The notes beneath the pieces were generated by a model. It had not been told where the DNA came from. It did not search any database and worked only from the letters and a program-made list of their open reading frames with translations. Made by a program: the position numbers and the translations under genes. This document shows, piece by piece, positions 40,549-47,979 of a stretch of 64,000 nt of DNA (positions are counted from its first letter, which is position 1; the number at the start of each line of letters is the position of its first letter). Origin of the DNA: Pseudomonadota bacterium (GTDB taxonomy: Bacteria > Myxococcota > JACRCW01 > JAFGSX01); assembly GCA_043821645.1 (NCBI GenBank), contig JBDRCO010000113.1:128001-192000 (forward strand), in the 5' to 3' direction.

Positions 40549-41937
40549 ATGAACAGGCGGTTGCGATGGGGACTGGCGTTTGGAAGCGTGCTCCTGACCT
40601 CGGCTTTCAGCGCAGGCTGCAATCCCTGCGAGGACCTCGGCGACGTCTACATCTGTGGCACCTTTGGCAACCTGTCCTTTGCCACAGAGCTGGGCTGGGG
40701 TGGCCCCTCGGTGCAATGGCCACCGGTGGCCACGGACAGCTCGAGCGTGCTGCTCAGCAATGGCCAGGAACTGACCGAGGTGGACCCCCAGGGCCTCACC
40801 ACCCCGGCGCAGTTCTTCGATGGCACGGTGTCCGCGCCCTCCCTGGACTCCGATGGCCGTGTGTACCTGGTGCAGGCTGGATGGGCCGACACCCAGGTGG
40901 TGGCCTCTGGCCCGCATGGTCCCGACGCCTCGGTGTGGACCCAGCCTGTGGGCGGCGACATCTCCACCACTCCACCGACCATTGGCAACGGCCAGATTCA
41001 CGTGGCCCTGACCAGCCCTGATCGCAGCGCCTGGTCCCTGCTCAGCCTCGATGCCGACAGTGGTGAGGTGACCACCGAGCGCGACGACACCTCGCCCACC
41101 GCGGTCGCCGCCGACGGCTCGCTGCGCTACCTGGTCGAGGCACAGGACTGCGGCGCCAGTTACAACGGTCTGGTGGCCGAGGATCCCGACGGCAGCATCC
41201 GCTGGCGTCACGACGAGCCCATGGGCATCCGCGACTTCGCACCTGGCCCCGATGGCGAGACCTACCTCGTCACCGGCGACCGCGTGCTGCGCCGCGTGGG
41301 CTCCGACGGCAGCGCCGAGTGGAGCTTCGCGCCCGACTGCGCGGACTGCAACGTGGCCGCGGCTCCCACCGTCACCGACGACGCGCTGTACTTCCCGGTG
41401 TGGCAGGGCTTCGCCCAGAACGGTGGCTGCAACGAGGAGACCCCGCCCATGGGGCAGGACAGCCTGGACCCGCTGTATGCCCTGCGCCGCGATGGCAGCC
41501 TGATGTGGGTCTACGATGGCTTCGAGACCATGGCCAACCGCCACAACTCGGGAGACCCCACCGGTGGCCTGCTCATGCTGTCCATGAACAGCAAGGTCCG
41601 CCACCACCCCGCTGGCCGGCCCACCATCGCCGACGACGGCACGCTCTTCGTGGCCTGCGACGGCGCCGTGGTGGCCCTCAGCCCCGAAGGCAAGGAGCTG
41701 GGCTACGCCATGTACCAGCCCTCGGCCGGCGAGAACCGCACCAGCAACGGCCTGCTGCTCAGCTCGACCTTCAACAACGCCGTGTTCACACCCGCCCCGA
41801 TGCTGGCGCCGAGCGGCTCGCTCTACGTGTGGGACGGCATGATGCTGCGCGGCTTCGACGTGGGCAAGCCCGCGGCCCGCATTCCCTGGAACGCGCCCTT
41901 TGGCGGCTACCGCAACGCCGGCCGCGTGGGCGGCTGA
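40549..41937 (+). CDS. PQQ-like beta-propeller lipoprotein
   Basis: GGAGG RBS, lipobox SAGC, repeated 'P.L..DG.VY', 'DGS.RW', 'LYALRRDGSLMW'. Confidence 0.75.
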   Translation: MNRRLRWGLAFGSVLLTSAFSAGCNPCEDLGDVYICGTFGNLSFATELGWGGPSVQWPPVATDSSSVLLSNGQELTEVDPQGLTTPAQFFDGTVSAPSLDSDGRVYLVQAGWADTQVVASGPHGPDASVWTQPVGGDISTTPPTIGNGQIHVALTSPDRSAWSLLSLDADSGEVTTERDDTSPTAVAADGSLRYLVEAQDCGASYNGLVAEDPDGSIRWRHDEPMGIRDFAPGPDGETYLVTGDRVLRRVGSDGSAEWSFAPDCADCNVAAAPTVTDDALYFPVWQGFAQNGGCNEETPPMGQDSLDPLYALRRDGSLMWVYDGFETMANRHNSGDPTGGLLMLSMNSKVRHHPAGRPTIADDGTLFVACDGAVVALSPEGKELGYAMYQPSAGENRTSNGLLLSSTFNNAVFTPAPMLAPSGSLYVWDGMMLRGFDVGKPAARIPWNAPFGGYRNAGRVGG

Positions 41938-42032
41938 GCGCTCCCTCGTCGAGCCTGCGCACGATCCACGACCCCTGTCCTCGTTCACGCTATGCTCGGC
42001 CGCGCAGGTCAGGTACCGGCGAGGGTGACCCC

Positions 42033-42746
42033 ATGAGCCTCTCCACACACCGCTGTGGTCTCCACCTTGGCCTGCTGTGCTGTGCTGCCACGCTGCTGGC
42101 CACCCCTTCATTGCGAGCCCAGCACGCCGCCCCCGAGCCATCCAGCAAGGGAGACCCCGCGGTGGAGGAGAAGGGCTGGTTCGACGGTTTTCTCGACGAC
42201 GACGGCAATGTGGTGGGCCTGATTACGGCGGGCAGCGGCGTGATCGGCGGTCTCGGCGTGTGCGCCCTGGTGGCCCTGAGCCCCACCTGTTGCGCCTTGC
42301 CGCTCGGCTTTCCCATCGCGGCGATCACCACCGGTGCTGGAGCTGCCGTGGCCGCGGCGGTGATGAGCGACTGGTCCTGCGGTCAGTTGTGGTTGCCGGC
42401 CCTCGCTGGGACCTTTCTCGGCGCCACCACCGGCCTCTTTGCCAGTATCAGCGGCATCATCGTCTTCACCATGGCCGGTGCGGCCATGGGGGTGAGCACC
42501 TTCGATCCCGCCACCGCCACCGCTTCAACCCTGCTCCTCGTGGGCATCGCCGGGGGCGCCAGCATGGTGGTGGCAGTGCTCGGCTCCGCACTCACCGGCG
42601 CCCTGGTGAAGTTCCTGTTCGACCTCACCGTCGACAGGCCGAGCCAGCGCAGCGACCCGCCACGGCGCCGCTCCCCGAAGCCCCGCAGGTCCAAGCAGTC
42701 CCAGATGCCCCGTAGCCCGAGCACGGGACACGCCGTGGCCTACTAG
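42033..42746 (+). CDS. Hypothetical multi-TM Gly/Ala-rich membrane protein
   Basis: Signal-like N-terminus, about 4 hydrophobic segments, C-terminus 'AVAY'. Confidence 0.55.
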   Translation: MSLSTHRCGLHLGLLCCAATLLATPSLRAQHAAPEPSSKGDPAVEEKGWFDGFLDDDGNVVGLITAGSGVIGGLGVCALVALSPTCCALPLGFPIAAITTGAGAAVAAAVMSDWSCGQLWLPALAGTFLGATTGLFASISGIIVFTMAGAAMGVSTFDPATATASTLLLVGIAGGASMVVAVLGSALTGALVKFLFDLTVDRPSQRSDPPRRRSPKPRRSKQSQMPRSPSTGHAVAY

Positions 42747-42858
42747 GACCCCCCACCCCAGTGCGGCCGGAGAGGCAGACAGACCCTTGCCAGGTCGGGC
42801 ATAATGCGCCCGGGTCCGTACTCCGGGGAGGTCCACCGTGCCACTGTGCTCGCGCTTC

Positions 42859-43854
42859 ATGGCTCGTGTCATCCGCGTCGCGGTCGCTGCCACAGCCTGT
42901 GGGGCTTGCGCCACCACACCCAGCACCACAAGCACTTCCGGCCAGGCCACAGCCTCCGACGTCACCGCCGAGGACGCAGCGTCGGGCCGCGAGCTGCAGC
43001 TGCACGAGGTGTTTCAGCATTTCTTCAGCATGCCCGCCGGCGTCGAGATCTCGCCCGCTCTGCGCAGTCCGCAGACCCTCGACGACGTCAAGAGCGTGAT
43101 CCGCAGTGACAACTTTTTCTTGTACGAGGGCGCAGATCGCTTTTTCGAAAAATACCTACTCGACCATCCCAATGACGTCGAGGCCATGGCCTGGCAGGCC
43201 CAGATGCACCTGGCCTGGGCCGACTCGGCGCTGGTCACGGAGCACGCCCTGGGACGCAGCATCGAGCAGTTGCACAAGCAAAAGGACAACTTTGCACAGC
43301 TGTCGCAGGACGGCAGCCTGAGCGCGGACACGCGCAGCAGTGCGGCCACCCGCGCGCGGGAGACAGGGTGGTTGCTCGACGCCACGGTGGATGCCCGCGA
43401 CCGCCTGCGCGGCCTCGCCGTGGGCAAGCTGCACAGTGCCCAGGAGCGCTGCGCCCTGGTGCTCGAGCTGGCGCCGACCTCCTACCTGGGCACGCGACTG
43501 AGCGCCGACCTGTACCGCCTGTCCGAGCAGTGGCCCGAATTCGAACGCACCGTGGCCGAGCTGGAAAAGAAGCAGCCCGACAGCGCAGGCCTGCACTTTC
43601 AAAAAGGCGTGGACGCCTACAAGCGCCAGCACGACCTGGCCCTTGCCGAGAAGGAGCTGAAGGCGTCGCTGGCCAGGGACGAGAACTTCGTCAAGGCTCG
43701 TTACACCCTGGCCCTGGTGCTCCTCGCCAGCGGTCGGATCGACGAGGCCTCGGCAGCTATCGAGCTGGTGCTGAAGCAAAGCCCTGGCCATCCGCTGGCA
43801 CACTCCGTCAAGAAGTACATCGCCGAACTCAAGCAGGCGGCCTTGCCGGTCTGA
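42859..43854 (+). CDS. TPR-containing putative lipoprotein
   Basis: Lipobox-like CGAC; TPR motifs 'ARYTLALVLL..GRIDEA..LKQSPGH'. Confidence 0.7.
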   Translation: MARVIRVAVAATACGACATTPSTTSTSGQATASDVTAEDAASGRELQLHEVFQHFFSMPAGVEISPALRSPQTLDDVKSVIRSDNFFLYEGADRFFEKYLLDHPNDVEAMAWQAQMHLAWADSALVTEHALGRSIEQLHKQKDNFAQLSQDGSLSADTRSSAATRARETGWLLDATVDARDRLRGLAVGKLHSAQERCALVLELAPTSYLGTRLSADLYRLSEQWPEFERTVAELEKKQPDSAGLHFQKGVDAYKRQHDLALAEKELKASLARDENFVKARYTLALVLLASGRIDEASAAIELVLKQSPGHPLAHSVKKYIAELKQAALPV

Positions 43855-43861
43855 TTATCTC

Positions 43862-43926
43862 AGGGGGGGGCGTCGGGCGCCCCCTCTGCGTCGGGCACAG
43901 GTCCCGGCGCATTCACCCCCGCCAGC
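43862..43926 (+). repeat. Two-hairpin REP-like element, copy 1
   Basis: GGGGGCG-tcggg-CGCCCCC-TC-TGCGTCGGG..CCCGGCGCA-TTCACCCCC-GCCAGC; homologous to 53274-53337. Confidence 0.7.
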
Positions 43927-44066
43927 GCTTTCACGGACACCTCGCGGCGCTGTGCGCGCTCGGTGCCGATGTCACCTTCGGGGGCGTCGGGCGACCAACA
44001 CCTGGAAGCTCGTGCCCTCATCATGCAGCGCGCCAACCCAGTGAACGCTGGACGACAGGGGCTTCG

Positions 44067-44501
44067 TCACCTGCCCTTGTTCCCGATTCGCAACGCGAAC
44101 AAGCTGCCCTTGCCCGCCGGGCCACCGTCGCTGGCCGGGCGCTTGGACGGGGCCTCGGCACCCGTGACCCCGCTGGCGCGCGCGGCGTCGAACAGCCCCG
44201 CGTTCTCGAACAGGGCAGTAGCTGCCGTGTCCGAGAGCAGCAACACGCTCACCAGCTCGCTCAGCTGCACCACCGCGCTCTCGGCGGCGTCACCGGCCTC
44301 GCGCTGCAGCTTGCCCGCCACCGCCAGCAGGTCCAGCGCCACGGTCTCGCGCCGCCCCTCGGGTACCGCCGCCAGGCGCTCGCGCCAGAGTTCCACGTCG
44401 TCCTCGTAGAGCAGCACGTCGCCCTCGACCAGAGCCATGGCGTGCAGAAGCTCCTGGGCCTCGCTGCACAGCTCGCCAGGTGCGACTGGAGCTTCGCTCA
44501 T
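44067..44501 (-). CDS. Hypothetical helical protein
   Basis: 144-aa ORF with ATGA overlap to the NadE-like gene. Confidence 0.6.
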   Translation of the reverse strand: MSEAPVAPGELCSEAQELLHAMALVEGDVLLYEDDVELWRERLAAVPEGRRETVALDLLAVAGKLQREAGDAAESAVVQLSELVSVLLLSDTAATALFENAGLFDAARASGVTGAEAPSKRPASDGGPAGKGSLFALRIGNKGR

Positions 44502-45547
44502 CGCTTTCTCGCTTTCCCGCGTCGAGTGCTCTTGCTTCGATGCGTGGTCGCATCACCGGCGAAGGGCTCGGGGCGCCATAGCGCTGGCGAGCCAAAGGCC
44601 TTGTGATGGCCGGCCATCACCAGATCGATCACGCGCATGAACTCGTCCCGCCGCAGGTCGGTGGAGCTCAGGACCTCGAGCAACTCGGCCTCGTCCCAGG
44701 GCACCACACCTTCGGCTTCGATGCGGCACTGGCCGATGATCACGTCGAGGGCAGCGCCGATGCGCGTGTAGGGCATGCCCAGCTCATCCTCGGCATCCTG
44801 ACCCTTCCAGTAGCCCGGAGACGCGGGCTTGGCCGACAGGCGCAATGCCAGCTCCTCGTCCACGGCCGCGAGACCGACGCGCAGCAGTGCGCGCACCTCG
44901 TCCTTGTGCAGTCCGGTGATGGGAAACAGATCTGCGGTGGTGCCCTTGCTCGAGTAACCCAGGTAGGTCTCGTCGAGATCACCGGTGCCGACCACCAGAC
45001 AACCGGTCCGGTTAGCCTCGTGGTAGAGCACGTCGTTGCGCAGACGCGAGACCAGGTTCCCCTGCACCAGGCGACGCTGGGCCGCCGACACCGTGCCCAG
45101 TCGCCGCGTCATGCTCGCAAGCACGGGCCGGAGATCGATGAGGGTGTAGGGCAGCTGCAGGGCGTCCAGCAAGGCGCGAGCGTCGTCGAGATCTTGCGGA
45201 TCACCACCGCAGGGCAGCAGATAGGCCCGGCTGCGCTCGGGCACAGCCCGCGCGAGCAGCACCGCCGCCAGCGAGGAGTCCACACCCCCCGAGACGCCGA
45301 GCACGCAACCACGCGCCCCGATGCGATCGACCTGGGCTCGGATCCATCGTGCGATCAGATCCAGGGCTCGGAGACCTGTTCGGTGGGTCAGTGCCTGCCA
45401 GCTGGCCTCGATGCGCTGCACGCGGCGCCAGGAGGCAGCCTGGCGAGCATTCCGCTGACGCAGGGCAGACAGGAGGGCAGGTCCGTCATCCGACGGGCGA
45501 CGACGAGGAGAACGAGCGTGGGACGGTTTTGCTCGAACAGCGGGCAC
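44498..45547 (-). CDS. nadE: NAD+ synthetase-like PP-loop ATP pyrophosphatase (divergent NadE)
   Basis: LGVSGGVDSS, GNLVSRLR, VGTG..DE..LGY, PITGLHK.EV, KPASPG..GQ.AEDELG..Y, HK. Confidence 0.78.
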   Translation of the reverse strand: MPAVRAKPSHARSPRRRPSDDGPALLSALRQRNARQAASWRRVQRIEASWQALTHRTGLRALDLIARWIRAQVDRIGARGCVLGVSGGVDSSLAAVLLARAVPERSRAYLLPCGGDPQDLDDARALLDALQLPYTLIDLRPVLASMTRRLGTVSAAQRRLVQGNLVSRLRNDVLYHEANRTGCLVVGTGDLDETYLGYSSKGTTADLFPITGLHKDEVRALLRVGLAAVDEELALRLSAKPASPGYWKGQDAEDELGMPYTRIGAALDVIIGQCRIEAEGVVPWDEAELLEVLSSTDLRRDEFMRVIDLVMAGHHKAFGSPALWRPEPFAGDATTHRSKSTRRGKARKR

Positions 45548-45553
45548 GTCGGC

Positions 45554-46045
45554 TCACTTGCCGCCGGGACGCCCCTTGGTGCTGCTCGTCCGGGGACGCG
45601 ACACGGTACGGGTGGGGGTCGTGGTCGTGCTGCCCTTGCCGCTGTTGGTTGTCGGACGACGCACGGTGCGCCGCGTGGGCCGACTCACGCTGCCCTTACC
45701 ACTGCCGGTCGACGGCCGGGTGGCGCCCTTGCCGCTGCCCGTCGAGGGGCGGCTAACCTGATCCTTCTGTGCGGTGTACTGCGCCTTGACCGCGCTGTAG
45801 AGCGTGGTGGCGATCTTGACCTCGCGACCGGCCAGACCCTGCTGGGTCGAGCTGGCGCCCTCGCGCTTGATCTCACCGAGCAGCTTCTTGGCGCCGTCAA
45901 GCACCTTCTTGGCGCGGTCGAGATCGCTGGCGGTCACCTTTCCGTCGGCGATGGCCTTGAAGGCGGTCTTTGACAGCTGTCCGGTGGCGCGCGCGTCACC
46001 GGCGGCCTTGGCGGTCTTGGCCTGCAACTTGGCGATACTGGTCAT
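45554..46045 (-). CDS. Basic Lys/Arg/Ser/Thr-rich protein with C-terminal RPxxxSGKG repeats
   Basis: GAGGAG RBS, GC3-biased codons, helical N-terminus and repetitive tail. Confidence 0.7.
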   Translation of the reverse strand: MTSIAKLQAKTAKAAGDARATGQLSKTAFKAIADGKVTASDLDRAKKVLDGAKKLLGEIKREGASSTQQGLAGREVKIATTLYSAVKAQYTAQKDQVSRPSTGSGKGATRPSTGSGKGSVSRPTRRTVRRPTTNSGKGSTTTTPTRTVSRPRTSSTKGRPGGK

Positions 46046-46161
46046 GCCCCACTCCTCGGTCGACCTGCGACCCTGGTCCGCGCATAGTAGTATGAGCGGT
46101 TCGTTGGTCTTCTATCACAAGCCATGGATTTTTGGCGGGGACTGCTGCCAGGGGAGCAAGC

Positions 46162-46974
46162 GTGGCCAAGAAAGTGGCAACCGCCAAAACCGCGGTCTGG
46201 CCAGCCCATGATCTACGCTTTCACCGGGCCACGCGTACCTGGAGCCGCGCAGCCCGAGATGCGCAACGTCGGCTCCCGGCCGAGCCTGCGGTGCGGCCGG
46301 TGGGATCTGGCCCCGTGATCGAACTCCCGCTGGTGAGCGATGCGATCGGTGTTTCCCTGTTCGAGGCGCTGGCCCATCGGGAATCCGTGCGCGCCTACGC
46401 CGATGCTCCGCTCACCTTGGTGCAGCTCTCCCTGCTGCTGGGGCTGTCCGCGCAGAACACCGCAGGCCCCTGGACCTCGCGCGGCGACGGCATCGAGCGC
46501 GTGGCGCGCCTGTACCCCTCGGCGGGAGGCCTGCATGCCCTGGAGCTGTACCTCGCGCTCGACGACGGCAGCGTCGAGGGGCTGGCGGCGGGACTCCACC
46601 ACTACTGTCCGCAACAGCACGCCTGTGAATGGCTGTGCGGACGGGTCGATGCGATCGAGATCCTGTTCGAGCGAGCCCGCAGTGTTCTCGATTCGGGCCG
46701 GCGCCCTCCCGTGCTCGTGCTCATCACCTCCCGCATGGCCCGCGCACGATCGCTGTACCCGGCCACGGCCTACAGCATGGTGCTCAAGGAGGTCGGCGCA
46801 CTTTTGCAGACCCTGTACCTTGCGGCGACGGCGCTGGGCCTGGCGCCCTGTGCCCTGGCCGCCCTCGACGATGGGTCCCTGCTCGAAGACTGCGCGCAGC
46901 TCGATGCCCGGCGTGAGCCCCTGCTTGGCGAGCTCGCCATCGGACTCCCCCGGTCAGGCTCACCAGCACGGTGA
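46162..46974 (+). CDS. SagB/ThcOx-family FMN-dependent peptide (azoline) dehydrogenase
   Basis: 'W..HDL.FH..R', RESVRAY, RLYPSAGGLH.LELY, AY..VLKEVG.L.QTLYL.ATALGLAPCAL; GTG start after GGAG inferred. Confidence 0.8.
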   Translation: MAKKVATAKTAVWPAHDLRFHRATRTWSRAARDAQRRLPAEPAVRPVGSGPVIELPLVSDAIGVSLFEALAHRESVRAYADAPLTLVQLSLLLGLSAQNTAGPWTSRGDGIERVARLYPSAGGLHALELYLALDDGSVEGLAAGLHHYCPQQHACEWLCGRVDAIEILFERARSVLDSGRRPPVLVLITSRMARARSLYPATAYSMVLKEVGALLQTLYLAATALGLAPCALAALDDGSLLEDCAQLDARREPLLGELAIGLPRSGSPAR

Positions 46975-47065
46975 GTCGCGCAGGCGTTGCGCAGTGCGGC
47001 AACCTGACCTATGTCACGTTCCATCACAAGAAACGGGCACCGCGTGCCCGCTCATGGAGGACCTC

Positions 47066-47434
47066 ATGCTTCGCCGCGCCCTGTTCGTGTTGCTCCCCAT
47101 CCTCACCCTCGCGTGCACCAAGCCTGCCGAGACTCCGGCCGCCGTGGAACCCACCAAGGCCCCCGAACCGGTCGCGGCACCTGCCCCGGTCGCACAGCCT
47201 GCCGAGGCTGTTGCCGCCGAGCCCGCGTCGCAGCCTGCCGAGGCCGCGGCCGCAGCAGTCGCCTTCCCGGCCGAGCTGGTGGGTACCTCGGTCAAGGACC
47301 CGGTCTGCAACATGGACGTCACGGTCAAGGCCGACTCGCTGCACAGCGAGCACGAGGGCAAGCACCAGTTCTTCTGCTCGGCCAACTGCAAGGAGAGCTT
47401 TGACAAGGATCCGGGCAAGTACGCGGCCAAGTAG
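47066..47434 (+). CDS. YHS-domain lipoprotein
   Basis: Lipobox TLAC, Pro/Ala linker, KDPVCNM..FFCS..C..F..DPGKY. Confidence 0.85.
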   Translation: MLRRALFVLLPILTLACTKPAETPAAVEPTKAPEPVAAPAPVAQPAEAVAAEPASQPAEAAAAAVAFPAELVGTSVKDPVCNMDVTVKADSLHSEHEGKHQFFCSANCKESFDKDPGKYAAK

Positions 47435-47461
47435 GCTGTCGCTCTCGCACACCGACGAGGC

Positions 47462-47818
47462 TCAGCCCCCGGCCGATCCGCCTCGCTCCTCGACAAAGCG
47501 CGTGATCCGCACGTGGTTGTCACCACTCAGGTCCACGAAGCGCAGGTGAGTCACGGGTCTGTTGCCGTGCCAGCCGGCGCCCACCACCTCGGCCTTCACC
47601 TCGATGGGCAGCTCGTCTCCAGGGAGCGAGAACCGCAGGTTCACGATGGTGCCCACCTCGTGCGCCAGCCCGAGATCGAAGCGTAACCCACCCGGCGAGA
47701 TGTCCACCGCACGGCAGAAGGTCTTCTCGCTCGCGTGGTGCTGATCGACCCACAGGTCGACATCAACGCGGGTCTCCAGCCGCCGCTCTGCTTCCCTGTC
47801 CTCGTCTGTCGTGCTCAT
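47462..47818 (-). CDS. Stand-alone PilZ-domain protein
   Basis: ERRLETR (RxxxR) and DISPGG (DxSxxG) c-di-GMP motifs; 'LRFVDL'. Confidence 0.85.
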   Translation of the reverse strand: MSTTDEDREAERRLETRVDVDLWVDQHHASEKTFCRAVDISPGGLRFDLGLAHEVGTIVNLRFSLPGDELPIEVKAEVVGAGWHGNRPVTHLRFVDLSGDNHVRITRFVEERGGSAGG

Positions 47819-47979
47819 GCATGCACCCTGGGGAGGTTGTCCTCCTGATCCTGACGCCTGTGCCCCGCCAGCGCAACCCACGGCCGCGCAAGCTGTTGGA
47901 AGAACCCGACATCGGTCATTTGTATGAGGGACACCTACATGGTGCGAGTCGATACTACCCTCGAATCAAGGAGGCCATC

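Noticed and set aside
47940-47960. Shared ATACTAC / sigma28-like -10 element upstream of the PG hydrolase and the basic repeat protein (about 46084-46092)
   Set aside because: Only 7 bp with no matching -35; could easily be chance
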